Of a stretch of 64,000 nt of DNA, positions 13,641 through 30,791 are shown in pieces. This DNA is from Eledone cirrhosa (lineage: Eukaryota): contig OZ024740.1 in NCBI GenBank assembly GCA_964016885.1, positions 254,758,001 to 254,822,000 of the forward strand, written 5' to 3'. The translations under genes were made by a program, and so were the position numbers. The notes under the pieces were generated by a model. The model was not told the DNA's origin, ran no database searches, and saw nothing but the letters and a program-made list of their open reading frames with translations. Position 1 is the stretch's first letter, and each line of letters starts with the position of its first letter.

Positions 13641-13933
13641 ATATATATATATATATGTATATGTTTCTCTATTTGTATATGTATATGTGTATAGGTATAT
13701 ACCTTTTTCTTTGTATGTCTGAGTTGTGTGAGAGTGTAGTGGTGTTTGTATGTATATACCGATATATAGATGCGTAAGTATTTGTCTGTATGTATGTATG
13801 TATGTCTGTATGTATTTGTGTGTATATATAGGTATGTATATGTATATCTGTATGTATATAAGTATGTAAGTGTATGTATATGTGTGTATATATATGTGTG
13901 TCTATATAGTATGTGTGATTATATGTGTATGTA

Positions 13934-14006
<73 letters not shown>

Positions 14007-14156
14007 ATTTATATGTATGTGTGTATATGTATGTATGTGTGTATATGTATATGTTTATATATGTGTGTGTATGTATGTTCTAAGTGTGGATGTGTGTATA
14101 TGTATGTATGTGTTTGTATATGTGTATATATATATATGTGTGTATATATGTGTATG

Positions 14157-14210
<54 letters not shown>

Positions 14211-14675
14211 CTTGATATATTTCTTTTTTCTTTTTTCTTTTTCTTTTCTTTCCTTTTTAATGTTTATTTATTATTTATTATTTTTTATTTTCTTAGTTTA
14301 TAGATACATCTATATTAAGCAGTCTGCCCAAACCGCTGAATACTGACCTCTCCCCCCCTCCCACCTAATTTCTGTATCTTGATCTAAATGTGTGTGCCAG
14401 TGTTTATGTGAGTGAATTAATATCCATGTGCTTAGGATTTTATATCCATATATATATATGTGAGTGGGGGTGAACTTTTTTTGTTTAATATAAGGAACTG
14501 TTTCATTGTTTATTCATTATTTGTTTAATATTTTATCTTGACTCTGTATACCGTTTATCTTTCACCGAAAGTGATTTTTCATTACATCTCTTCTTTCCAT
14601 GATATCCGGAATACATTGAGTTCTTCATACGGATTGGACACTACCGTAAACTCTTGGTAGATTTATCTACATAAT

Positions 14676-17291
<2,616 letters not shown>

Positions 17292-17292
17292 T

Positions 17293-17897
17293 GGTGGCTG
17301 CCAACTCGTTTTCGAGTACGGCCACTACTTTATATCCATGTAGGAGAACCCCTACCGATGCGCTGAACGACTGTGACTTTTTAGTCCAGCCAGCGACTTG
17401 AAAACTCTGGTACAAACACTACACTTGTGACAATGATTGACACATAGTGCAGGGCCCATGGTACCATGTGAGGACAAGTGCAGAGAGATCTCCAGATATA
17501 AAGCAATGCCTGTGCCGTGAAGCTTTTATAGTGAGCAAAGGCACTGCACAAAGCCAGTCCCACTCTCTTAACCAAGATGATATTTACCAAAAAGAAGAAC
17601 AAGTCAACATCATTGGATACCATCAGGGTTGCAGGTGTTATATCAGAGTTTTCCTTCTCCTAGAATTCTGCCTTGACAAAGGCTAAGGGGTCATCTCTCC
17701 CGGTGATTTTGGATGGCCATTGACTCTTAAGAGCTCCTTTGCCCTTTGACAGGTTTTGTTTTTAGTCCTGCAGGATGTCCAAAGTCACCCTCCTCACCAA
17801 GAAACCTTGGTGGGGTTGCCAGTTTAGTCGCCAACGACCCGACCATGAGACAGGTTGTACTGGGATACATGTTACCAGTAGCACCAACTGGTGACCT

Positions 17898-17900
<3 letters not shown>
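17293..17900 (-). mobile_element. Probable 5' UTR-type fragment of an RTE-like element
   Basis: GC-richer island between TA tracts; ttttccttctcctag...gccttgacaaaggctaa resembles antisense RTE 5' UTRs as I recall them; no convincing ORF. Confidence 0.45.
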
Positions 17901-17941
<41 letters not shown>

Positions 17942-17999
17942 TACATATATATATGTATATACATATATATATATATACATATATATATGTATATACATA

Positions 18000-18060
<61 letters not shown>

Positions 18061-18068
18061 GTATATAC

Positions 18069-18103
<35 letters not shown>

Positions 18104-18247
18104 CATACATATATATATACATACATATATATATATATATATACATATATATATGTATATACATATATATATATATATACATATATATATACATACATAT
18201 ATATATACATATACATATATATATACATACATATATATATACATACA

Positions 18248-18279
<32 letters not shown>

Positions 18280-18308
18280 CATACATATATATATACATAC
18301 ATATATAT

Positions 18309-18339
<31 letters not shown>

Positions 18340-18468
18340 CATATATATATACATACATATATATATACATACATATATATATATATATATACATATATAT
18401 ATACATACATATATATATACATACATATATATATATATATATACATATATATATACATACATATATAT

Positions 18469-18499
<31 letters not shown>

Positions 18500-18594
18500 C
18501 ATATATATATACATATATATATACATATATATATACATATATATACATATATATATACATATATATATACATATATATATACATATATATATAC

Positions 18595-18622
<28 letters not shown>

Positions 18623-18625
<3 letters not shown>

Positions 18626-18817
18626 GGAACCAGTAAGACCCCGACAGCTGAGCTCAAGCCGTTTCGACGGCTAATTCAGTCCAGAATTAGCCGTCGAAAC
18701 GGCTTGAGCTCAGCTGTCGGGGTCCTACTGGTTCCTATTACCCACTCTACTACTTCAAGTATTGAGTACTTTGGTGCGTTATGGTCCACCTGGTTCCTTA
18801 CCACATTTCCTTTGTTA
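18623..18817. mobile_element. PLE terminal fragment with 5' inversion (55-bp arms 18623-18677 / 18684-18738), holding the 3' half of a hammerhead and the bulged hairpin (18744-18767)
   Basis: Arms complementary except one base; GAAACggcu...agcuGUC; homologous to 4835-4975. Confidence 0.8.
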
Positions 18818-18844
18818 TATATATATATATACATATATATATAC

Positions 18845-18914
<70 letters not shown>

Positions 18915-18927
18915 GTATATATATATG

Positions 18928-18958
<31 letters not shown>

Positions 18959-18974
18959 GTATATATATATATGT

Positions 18975-21001
18975 AGAAAAAATTATAAAAAATCTAATAA
19001 TGCGTCACTCACCAACATCAACAACAAAACACACAACATAGTAAAAAAACTAAACATTGAAGATAGAACTGAACCTTTGGCATTGAAAAGACCACACTTC
19101 AACCTGAAGGATCACAAATCTAACTTTAACTCAAATCCTTCTATTAGACTTATATGTCCCTCCAAATCAGATATTGGAATAATTAGCAAAAAAATTTTAG
19201 ATAGAGTCATCCCACAAATAAGAAAACACGTTATTTTACCACTCTGGGAAAACACCTCCCAGGTAATTAACTGGTTTAAAAATATTAGGTGTAAATCTTC
19301 TGCTTCATTCCTACAATTTGATATAGATAATTACTATTCTTCTATATCACCTATACTCCTGAACAAAGCATTGATATTTGCTAAAAATAGATCTAACTTA
19401 ACTTTGGATGACATTAATATTATTACACATGCTAGACTAACACTTATTGAATTTCAGAATGAATACTGGACCAGAAACACATATAGTAATCTTTTTGATA
19501 TTACTATGGGTTCAAGCGATTCCGCCCAAATTACTGATCTTGTGGGCCTCTTTCTCCTTTTCAACATAAATGCCTCTTTTCCCCACCTCAAAGGTGGTTT
19601 ATATCGTGATGACTGTCTTCTTCTTTCTAACAACCTTAGCCTTTCAGAAATTGAAAAAACAAAAAACATATTAGAACTTTCCTAAAGACTATTATAATCT
19701 TAATATTACTTTTGAAAAAACAAGTAAAGTAGTAAATTTCCTAGATATAACTTTAGATTTAGCTACGGTATCTACCAACCTTACCATAAACCTAACCAAA
19801 CTTACATTACATACACTCACAATCTAATCACCTAAATCTATCCTTAAAAACCTTGCATATAATATATCACTTAGAATTTCTAACCTTTCTTCTAACCAAG
19901 ATGTATTTGATAAAAATGCGACCTTCTATAACGAAGCTCTAGATAGAAGTGGCCACAAAAATAGATTAGAGTATATACCTTCTACTAAAAATACTGAAAG
20001 CATACAACATAATATTACCAACAAACACCAAATGAAAAGTACACACCTAAATGCCACCCACACTATACCCCAAAATACCAAATCTTCTAATATAAAGTAT
20101 AGTAACTCTCAAAAAACTACTCATCATACAACTCTAATAAATATTAATAATAAAACTCCTAATAAAAAGGATAAAACACCTAAATCTACAAATATAACTA
20201 AAAATGGTTGTGGTGAGATCATTAACATTAATCCTCCTAGTAAAAATCACGATACAACCTATAAAAATAATAAAAATAATAAACAACATAGAAACCGTAA
20301 TAGACGGGTTACTTGGTATAATGCTCCTTTTAATTTACAAGTTAAGGATAATATTGCTAAAAAATTTTTTATATCCTTGAGAAAAACTTCCGCCAAACCA
20401 CAAATACCATCAAATCTTAAATAGGTCTACAGTTAAATTCTCATACTCTACAACAAATAACATAAAACAAAATATAAGTGCCTATAATGCATATAAATGT
20501 AAGAAAACCATAAGTATACCACCAGTACATCAAATTAACCATAATATCTCCTCAAATACAGAATTAACGAAAGGATGTAACTGTAGAAACAAAGCAAACT
20601 GCCCATTAAAAGGGAATTGTCTTGTTAACAACATAGTCTATAAATGTAATGTTAAAACTAAAGATTCTATTTGCTCATATATAGGAGCTACCTCTAACAA
20701 TTTTAAGACAAGGTTTAATACCCACAAGCATAGTTTTAAAAATGCCGCACTGGCTAATACAACATCTCTAGCAGAAAAAATCAATAGTTATAAAAATAAG
20801 AATATAGAATATGATTTGACCTGGAGTGTGCTCAAAAGAGCCACCCCTTATCAAAATAATAGAAATGAATGTAGATTATGTTCCCAAGAACTATTTGAAA
20901 TAATGAAGTCTAAGGATATCTTATTAAATAAACGACAGGAATTAATTATATCGTGTAATCATAAACTAAAAAAAACATTTAAATATTATAAACCTAATTA
21001 A
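18975..21001 (+). pseudogene. Truncated, frameshifted PLE RT/GIY-YIG ORF
   Basis: Same peptide as 25952-27985, broken by seven 1-nt homopolymer deletions. Confidence 0.9.
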
Positions 21002-22642
21002 TAACATTATTTTAGAAATTAATTTAATTTAAATGTTAGTTAACCTATAAATTTAATTTAATTAAAATTTTATTACAGATGAGAATATAAAATATTATGT
21101 AATCATAAATTGTGAAAAACCTTTAAATATTACTAATATATACTTAGTAATTTAATTTATAGATTAATTTTAATTTATTTAAACCTTTTATTATAATTCT
21201 TTTACAGATAAAATATAACAAAATAATATCGTGTATCCAATGACAGAGAAATAATTTTTAGTATTATAGACCTAATTAATATACATTTTAGAAATATATT
21301 TATAATTTGGTTTTAATTTTAATCAACCTAAAAATTTAATTTTAATTTGCTTAAAATTAGTATCCTTATACAGACGAATTGCAGAATGTCATGTAATCAT
21401 AGAATGGGATGTGTTTTGGATATATACCTAGTTAATATATTCTATGCAATTTTTTGAAAAAAATATGTATATGTATATGTGTATGTGTATGTGTGTGTGT
21501 ATGTATATGTGTATATATGTATATATGTATATATGTGTATGTATATGTATATATGTATGTGTATGTATATGTATATGTATATGTATTAATTTTGATTTCT
21601 ATTTGCATATAATTATATTCTGCTATTGATAAAATACAATATCTGTTTTATGTATTATATACCTAATTAACATATACTATAGAAATAAATATATAATTTT
21701 TAATTTAGTTAACCTATAATTTATATTCTACTACCGATGTAATACTTTATTTTATTTGTTTTTTCCCTATTACTAAATTCATTTCCTAATATTGATACCA
21801 TAACGTTATTAACTTTAATTTAGTTATACTATAATTAATACTCTACTACTATTTAACTTCAAAATTCTGCTTCAAATATTATAAACCTAACTAATTTACA
21901 CCTTAGAAATCAATATGTTAACTATCTTTGGTTTAGTTAACATATAATTAATGGTATACTTGTTTATTTTGAGATGCATAGATTTTGCCTTAGTTCTTGT
22001 TTATTGTATTTCCTAACACTGAAACTATGTAAAAACATACATTGGATCAAGATACGGAAAATATTCTATGTTTCTTGAAACATATATTTACTATGATCCC
22101 CTTCTCCAAACCCCCCCTTTCCCCCATACTATTATCATCTGTATTTGTAAGCGTGTATGTATGAATATATATGTAGGTAGGTGTCTATATAGGTTTGGGT
22201 ATTTATATCTGAATATAAAAATACATATATGCGCATGCAAATATGAATGTAAGATTGTGTGTGTATATATGAGTGTGTGTATGTATGTATATATGTGTAT
22301 ATATGCATGTATATATGTGTATGTGAATGTGTGTATGTGTATGTGTATGTATATATATATATGTATATATATATATGTATGTATATATGTATATATAGAA
22401 ATATATATATATATATATATGTATATGTATATGTGTGTGTATGTATGTGTGTGTATGTGTGTTGTATATATATGTATGTCTCTCTATTTATATGTCTATC
22501 TTCGTATCTATGTGGATATATGTGTGTGTGTGTGCATGTATGCACATATATGTGTTTATGTGTATATGTGTGTATGTGTGTATATATGTGTGTGTGCACA
22601 CACATATATATGTGAGTGTGTATATGTGTCTGTGTATATGTA

Positions 22643-22684
<42 letters not shown>

Positions 22685-22770
22685 TGTCTATGTGTGAATA
22701 TATGTCTATATTCGTATGTGTGTATATATGTATGTATATGTTTATGTGTATATATATATATATATATATG

Positions 22771-22813
<43 letters not shown>

Positions 22814-23050
22814 TATTATTATAATATAACTTATGTGTATGTGTGTATATGTGAGGTTGTGTATGTGTATATAATATGTGTATATATAAGTGTAAAAAAA
22901 TATATATATATGTGCATGTCTGTTTTTTATGTGTGTGTATATATATATATATATATATACGTGTGTATATATATGTATATGTGGGTGTTTGTATGTGTAT
23001 TTATGGTGGTATGTGTGTGTGGGTATCTATCTATATATATATATATGAAT

Positions 23051-23106
<56 letters not shown>

Positions 23107-23453
23107 ATATATATCTCTATTAATGCGTGTATATATGTATATACATATGCCTTTTTATTTTTATTTGTATGTCTGAGTTAGGTGAGGTTGTAGTGGTGTT
23201 TTTATGTATATACGCATATATGGATGCGTATGTATTTGTATATATGAGTATAAGTAAGTACATATGTATGTATGATTATATATCTAATTCTATGTATGAA
23301 TATACATCTATATATATGTGTGTATGTAAGTTGTGTATGTATGTATGTATATGTCTATGTGTGTATATATATATGTATGTATATCGATGTACGTGTATGT
23401 ATGTACATGTATGTCTATGTATGTGTGTATGTATGTGTGTGTATATATATATG

Positions 23454-23508
<55 letters not shown>

Positions 23509-23748
23509 GTATATATCTTTATTATTTATTTTTTTTATATATATGTGTGTGTGTGTATGTGTTGTGTGTGTGTGTGTGTGTATATATATCTTTATATATG
23601 TGTATGTGTATGTTCGTGTAGGTGTATGTGTGTGTATGACTTTATATGTATGTGTGTATGTGTGTATGCGTATATATTTCTATGTGTGTGTACATGTATG
23701 TATGTGTGTGTATGTGTATGTGTGTGTATGTGTATATGTATGTGTATG

Positions 23749-23805
<57 letters not shown>

Positions 23806-24141
23806 ATATATATATATATATATATCTATATGTTTTTCTATTTGTATATGTATGTGTGTATAGGTATATACCTTTCTCTTTGTATGTCTAAGTTGTGTGA
23901 TAGTGTAGTGGTGTTTGTATGTATATACCGATATATAGATGCGTAAGTATTTGTCTGTATGTATATATGTAAGTCTGTATATATTTGTGTGTATATATAG
24001 CTATGTATGTGTATATCTGTATGTATATTAGTATGTAAGTGTTGTATATGTGCATGTATGTGTGTGGTTATATATATGTGTGTCTATATAGTATGTGTGA
24101 TTATATGTATATGTGTGTGTATATGTACGTGTATATACATA

Positions 24142-24190
<49 letters not shown>

Positions 24191-25056
24191 ATTTGTATGT
24201 ATATGTGTATATGTATGTATGTGTGTATATGTATATGTTTATATATGTGTGTGTATGTATGTTCTTAGTGTGGATGTGTGTATATGTATATATGTGTTTG
24301 TATATGTGTGTATATATATGTATGTGTGTGTGTGTGTCTATGTGTATATATATGTATATTATATATATATGTGTGTGTATATATATATATATATATGTAT
24401 GTGTATATATATTTTCTTGATATATTTCTTTTTTCTTTTTTCTTTTTTCTTTTTTCTTTCTATTTTTTCCTCTTTAATGTTTATTTATTATTTATTTTTT
24501 ATTTTCTTAGTTTATAGATACATCTATATTAGGCAGTCTGCTCAGACCGTTGAATACTGACCTCTCCCCCCCCTCCCACCTAATTTCTGTATCTTGATCT
24601 AAAAATGTGTGTGCCAGTGTTTATGTGAGTGAATTAATATCCATGTGCTTATGATTTTATATCCACATATATAAATGTGAGTGGGTGTGTGTGTGTGTTT
24701 GTATGTTCGTGGTTATGTGTATATTTATGCATATACGCGCGTGTATGTGTGATTGTACGGATATGTGTGAGTATGAAAAAATATATTTATATACTTAATT
24801 TCATATTTGTGTGTCAATACGCATCTTATCTGTACATTATAAACTTACAGAGACATTAACCTTGAAATTTTGTATTTGCATCCATCCTTTTAGTATGCGT
24901 ATACAAATTATACATACATTTTTGTAAAATATGTGTAAGGGTTTTACATGTATATACACACACCGAACTGCATTTAACCCTTTGTGTTTTCATTGGTCAA
25001 TTTTGTTCCCAAACGGACCTGAATTTTTGAATTGTTGTTATTATCAATAAATATAC

Positions 25057-25200
25057 TTCATTATTTCTGAAGACGGCGTATATATGTGTTGGTATGTATA
25101 TTTAATCTTGATAGTTTGTATAATTTTGTACATAGATCTGTTGAATATGCATGCCAATTCTAACACATATATATCCTAGAAACGATCGTTAAATAATGAA
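25057..25200 (+). ncRNA. Hammerhead with 10-bp stem I, 105-nt stem II and palindromic stem III
   Basis: uucauuauuu-CUGAAGA-[long hairpin]-GAAAC-gauc-GUU-aaauaaugaa; predicted cut after 25190. Confidence 0.82.
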
Positions 25201-25543
25201 CTTTTTTTGTTTAATATAAGGAATTGTTTATTCATTATTTGTTTAATATTTTATCTTGACTCTGTATACCGTTTATCTTTCACCGAAATTGATTTTTCAT
25301 TACATCTCTTCTTTCCATGATATCCGGAATACATTGAGTTCTTCATACGGATTGGACACTACCGTAAACTCTTGGTAGATTTATCTACATAATTTTGCTC
25401 CTATTTTCACGGAAATATTCGTATTTTTGTACTGTATGTGTGTATTAATTTTATATTTATGTATATACATATATACATGTATGATTTTGTAAACCCATAT
25501 ACATTTAGTTGAGCTCTTTCAATTGTCCATCATCCATATCACA

Positions 25544-27985
25544 ATGGAAAAACAATATTTAGGAACCTCCTTAAAAAACATACCAATACCTTCTAAGGAT
25601 GACTTCTTACTCCTTATGATTCAGAAAACTAATAATTTTATCAGAAGGGTTAGATGGAGAGCCTACCACTTCGATAGAAAATCTAAACAAGCAGATCGGA
25701 AATATATGTATGATTTCAATACTTACAAGAATCCACCACACAACTTTTTACTTGAAGACTTCGAGAAAGACCTTTTTAATTTAATTAAACACCTCAAATT
25801 TAAAAAGTATAAATCCGTCTTTCAAAAGGACCTTGATTCTACCCTATTGGACCTAAAAAAGTCTAAAAAAATCCATGTCCACTCGGACAAAACTGGTAAC
25901 TTGTATCATATGGATATTGAACATTATAACGAGTTCATATATAAAGAACTCAGAAAAAATTATAAAAAATCTAATAATGCGTCACTCACCAACATCAACA
26001 ACAAAACACACAACATAGTAAAAAAACTAAACATTGAAGATAGAACTGAACCTTTGGCATTGAAAAGACCACACTTCAACCTGAAGGATCACAAATCTAA
26101 CTTTAACTCAAATCCTTCTATTAGACTTATATGTCCCTCCAAATCAGATATTGGAATAATTAGCAAAAAAATTTTAGATAGAGTCATCCCACAAATAAGA
26201 AAACACGTTATTTTACCACTCTGGGAAAACACCTCCCAGGTAATTAACTGGTTTAAAAATATTAGGTGTAAATCTTCTGCTTCATTCCTACAATTTGATA
26301 TAGATAATTACTATTCTTCTATATCACCTATACTCCTGAACAAAGCATTGATATTTGCTAAAAATAGATCTAACTTAACTTTGGATGACATTAATATTAT
26401 TACACATGCTAGACTAACACTTATTGAATTTCAGAATGAATACTGGACCAGAAACACATATAGTAATCTTTTTGATATTACTATGGGTTCAAGCGATTCC
26501 GCCCAAATTACTGATCTTGTGGGCCTCTTTCTCCTTTTCAACATAAATGCCTCTTTTCCCCACCTCAAAGGTGGTTTATATCGTGATGACTGTCTTCTTC
26601 TTTCTAACAACCTTAGCCTTTCAGAAATTGAAAAAAACAAAAAACATATTAGAACTTTCCTTAAAGACTATTATAATCTTAATATTACTTTTGAAAAAAC
26701 AAGTAAAGTAGTAAATTTCCTAGATATAACTTTAGATTTAGCTACGGGTATCTACCAACCTTACCATAAACCTAACCAAAACTTACATTACATACACTCA
26801 CAATCTAATCACCCTAAATCTATCCTTAAAAACCTTGCATATAATATATCACTTAGAATTTCTAACCTTTCTTCTAACCAAGATGTATTTGATAAAAATG
26901 CGACCTTCTATAACGAAGCTCTAGATAGAAGTGGCCACAAAAATAGATTAGAGTATATACCTTCTACTAAAAATACTGAAAGCATACAACATAATATTAC
27001 CAACAAACACCAAATGAAAAGTACACACCTAAATGCCACCCACACTATACCCCAAAATACCAAATCTTCTAATATAAAGTATAGTAACTCTCAAAAAACT
27101 ACTCATCATACAACTCTAATAAATATTAATAATAAAACTCCTAATAAAAAGGATAAAACACCTAAATCTACAAATATAACTAAAAATGGTTGTGGTGAGA
27201 TCATTAACATTAATCCTCCTAGTAAAAATCACGATACAACCTATAAAAATAATAAAAATAATAAACAACATAGAAACCGTAATAGACGGGTTACTTGGTA
27301 TAATGCTCCTTTTAATTTACAAGTTAAGGATAATATTGCTAAAAAATTTTTTTATATCCTTGAGAAAAACTTCCCGCCAAACCACAAATACCATCAAATC
27401 TTAAATAGGTCTACAGTTAAATTCTCATACTCTACAACAAATAACATAAAACAAAATATAAGTGCCTATAATGCATATAAATGTAAGAAAACCATAAGTA
27501 TACCACCAGTACATCAAATTAACCATAATATCTCCTCAAATACAGAATTAACGAAAGGATGTAACTGTAGAAACAAAGCAAACTGCCCATTAAAAGGGAA
27601 TTGTCTTGTTAACAACATAGTCTATAAATGTAATGTTAAAACTAAAGATTCTATTTGCTCATATATAGGAGCTACCTCTAACAATTTTAAGACAAGGTTT
27701 AATACCCACAAGCATAGTTTTAAAAATGCCGCACTGGCTAATACAACATCTCTAGCAGAAAAAATCAATAGTTATAAAAATAAGAATATAGAATATGATT
27801 TGACCTGGAGTGTGCTCAAAAGAGCCACCCCTTATCAAAATAATAGAAATGAATGTAGATTATGTTCCCAAGAACTATTTGAAATAATGAAGTCTAAGGA
27901 TATCTTATTAAATAAACGACAGGAATTAATTATATCGTGTAATCATAAACTAAAAAAAACATTTAAATATTATAAACCTAATTAA
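25544..27985 (+). CDS. Penelope-like reverse transcriptase + GIY-YIG endonuclease, 813 aa from first ATG
   Basis: [34 protein letters not shown]; CxCx5C linker (CNCRNKANC); IVYKC...SYIGAT; CRLC. Confidence 0.95.
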   Translation: MEKQYLGTSLKNIPIPSKDDFLLLMIQKTNNFIRRVRWRAYHFDRKSKQADRKYMYDFNTYKNPPHNFLLEDFEKDLFNLIKHLKFKKYKSVFQKDLDSTLLDLKKSKKIHVHSDKTGNLYHMDIEHYNEFIYKELRKNYKKSNNASLTNINNKTHNIVKKLNIEDRTEPLALKRPHFNLKDHKSNFNSNPSIRLICPSKSDIGIISKKILDRVIPQIRKHVILPLWENTSQVINWFKNIRCKSSASFLQFDIDNYYSSISPILLNKALIFAKNRSNLTLDDINIITHARLTLIEFQNEYWTRNTYSNLFDITMGSSDSAQITDLVGLFLLFNINASFPHLKGGLYRDDCLLLSNNLSLSEIEKNKKHIRTFLKDYYNLNITFEKTSKVVNFLDITLDLATGIYQPYHKPNQNLHYIHSQSNHPKSILKNLAYNISLRISNLSSNQDVFDKNATFYNEALDRSGHKNRLEYIPSTKNTESIQHNITNKHQMKSTHLNATHTIPQNTKSSNIKYSNSQKTTHHTTLININNKTPNKKDKTPKSTNITKNGCGEIININPPSKNHDTTYKNNKNNKQHRNRNRRVTWYNAPFNLQVKDNIAKKFFYILEKNFPPNHKYHQILNRSTVKFSYSTTNNIKQNISAYNAYKCKKTISIPPVHQINHNISSNTELTKGCNCRNKANCPLKGNCLVNNIVYKCNVKTKDSICSYIGATSNNFKTRFNTHKHSFKNAALANTTSLAEKINSYKNKNIEYDLTWSVLKRATPYQNNRNECRLCSQELFEIMKSKDILLNKRQELIISCNHKLKKTFKYYKPN

Positions 27986-29626
27986 TAACATTATTTTAGA
28001 AATTAATTTAATTTAAATGTTAGTTAACCTATAAATTTAATTTAATTAAAATTTTATTACAGATGAGAATATAAAATATTATGTAATCATAAATTGTGAA
28101 AAACCTTTAAATATTACTAATATATACTTAGTAATTTAATTTATAGATTAATTTTAATTTATTTAAACCTTTTATTATAATTCTTTTACAGATAAAATAT
28201 AACAAAATAATATCGTGTATCCAATGACAGAGAAATAATTTTTAGTATTATAGACCTAATTAATATACATTTTAGAAATATATTTATAATTTGGTTTTAA
28301 TTTTAATCAACCTAAAAATTTAATTTTAATTTGCTTAAAATTAGTATCCTTATACAGACGAATTGCAGAATGTCATGTAATCATAGAATGGGATGTGTTT
28401 TGGATATATACCTAGTTAATATATTCTATGCAATTTTTTGAAAAAAATATGTATATGTATATGTGTATGTGTATGTGTGTGTGTATGTATATGTGTATAT
28501 ATGTATATATGTATATATGTGTATGTATATGTATATATGTATGTGTATGTATATGTATATGTATATGTATTAATTTTGATTTCTATTTGCATATAATTAT
28601 ATTCTGCTATTGATAAAATACAATATCTGTTTTATGTATTATATACCTAATTAACATATACTATAGAAATAAATATATAATTTTTAATTTAGTTAACCTA
28701 TAATTTATATTCTACTACCGATGTAATACTTTATTTTATTTGTTTTTTCCCTATTACTAAATTCATTTCCTAATATTGATACCATAACGTTATTAACTTT
28801 AATTTAGTTATACTATAATTAATACTCTACTACTATTTAACTTCAAAATTCTGCTTCAAATATTATAAACCTAACTAATTTACACCTTAGAAATCAATAT
28901 GTTAACTATCTTTGGTTTAGTTAACATATAATTAATGGTATACTTGTTTATTTTGAGATGCATAGATTTTGCCTTAGTTCTTGTTTATTGTATTTCCTAA
29001 CACTGAAACTATGTAAAAACATACATTGGATCAAGATACGGAAAATATTCTATGTTTCTTGAAACATATATTTACTATGATCCCCTTCTCCAAACCCCCC
29101 CTTTCCCCCATACTATTATCATCTGTATTTGTAAGCGTGTATGTATGAATATATATGTAGGTAGGTGTCTATATAGGTTTGGGTATTTATATCTGAATAT
29201 AAAAATACATATATGCGCATGCAAATATGAATGTAAGATTGTGTGTGTATATATGAGTGTGTGTATGTATGTATATATGTGTATATATGCATGTATATAT
29301 GTGTATGTGAATGTGTGTATGTGTATGTGTATGTATATATATATATGTATATATATATATGTATGTATATATGTATATATAGAAATATATATATATATAT
29401 ATATGTATATGTATATGTGTGTGTATGTATGTGTGTGTATGTGTGTTGTATATATATGTATGTCTCTCTATTTATATGTCTATCTTCGTATCTATGTGGA
29501 TATATGTGTGTGTGTGTGCATGTATGCACATATATGTGTTTATGTGTATATGTGTGTATGTGTGTATATATGTGTGTGTGCACACACATATATATGTGAG
29601 TGTGTATATGTGTCTGTGTATATGTA

Positions 29627-29668
<42 letters not shown>

Positions 29669-29754
29669 TGTCTATGTGTGAATATATGTCTATATTCGTA
29701 TGTGTGTATATATGTATGTATATGTTTATGTGTATATATATATATATATATATG

Positions 29755-29799
<45 letters not shown>

Positions 29800-30034
29800 T
29801 ATTATTATAATATAACTTATGTGTATGTGTGTATATGTGAGGTTGTGTATGTGTATATAATATGTGTATATATAAGTGTAAAAAAATATATATATATGTG
29901 CATGTCTGTTTCTTATGTGTGTGTATATATATATATATATATACGTGTGTATATATATGTATATGTGGGTGTTTGTATGTGTATTTATGGTGGTATGTGT
30001 GTGTGGGTATCTATCTATATATATATATATGAAT

Positions 30035-30094
<60 letters not shown>

Positions 30095-30441
30095 ATATAT
30101 ATCTCTATTAATGCGTGTATATATGTATATACATATGCCTTTTTATTTTTATTTGTATGTCTGAGTTAGGTGAGGTTGTAGTGGTGTTTTTATGTATATA
30201 CGCATATATGGATGCGTATGTATTTGTATATATGAGTATAAGTAAGTACATATGTATGTATGATTATATATCTAATTCTATGTATGAATATACATCTATA
30301 TATATGTGTGTATGTAAGTTGTGTATGTATGTATGTATATGTCTATGTGTGTATATATATATGTATGTATATCGATGTACGTGTATGTATGTACATGTAT
30401 GTCTATGTATGTGTGTATGTATGTGTGTGTATATATATATG

Positions 30442-30496
<55 letters not shown>

Positions 30497-30736
30497 GTAT
30501 ATATCTTTATTATTTATTTTTTTTATATATATGTGTGTGTGTGTATGTGTTGTGTGTGTGTGTGTGTGTATATATATCTTTATATATGTGTATGTGTATG
30601 TTCGTGTAGGTGTATGTGTGTGTATGACTTTATATGTATGTGTGTATGTGTGTATGCGTATATATTTCTATGTGTGTGTACATGTATGTATGTGTGTGTA
30701 TGTGTATGTGTGTGTATGTGTATATGTATGTGTATG

Positions 30737-30791
<55 letters not shown>

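Larger units (their letters stand above)
7587..14675. mobile_element. Multi-kb inverted pair of the 3' UTR/pLTR of the Naiad-type family (minus arm ~7587-11000, plus arm ~11127-14675), no ORF
   Basis: Unique anchors match 21420-25390 with substitutions; plus arm has an insertion at 12417-12750 and a deletion at ~14470 that removes its hammerhead. Confidence 0.88.
18975..25254 (+). mobile_element. 5'-truncated upstream tandem copy of Naiad-type Penelope-like element
   Basis: Near-identical to 25952-32255. Confidence 0.95.

Noticed and set aside
25434-25508. Possible GT-AG intron in the PLE 5' UTR
   Set aside because: Signals are weak and common in AT-rich DNA; needs cDNA evidence
25544-27985. 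Selenocysteine recoding, reported for some Naiad elements
   Set aside because: The ORF is open with no in-frame TGA; the cysteine motifs use ordinary codons
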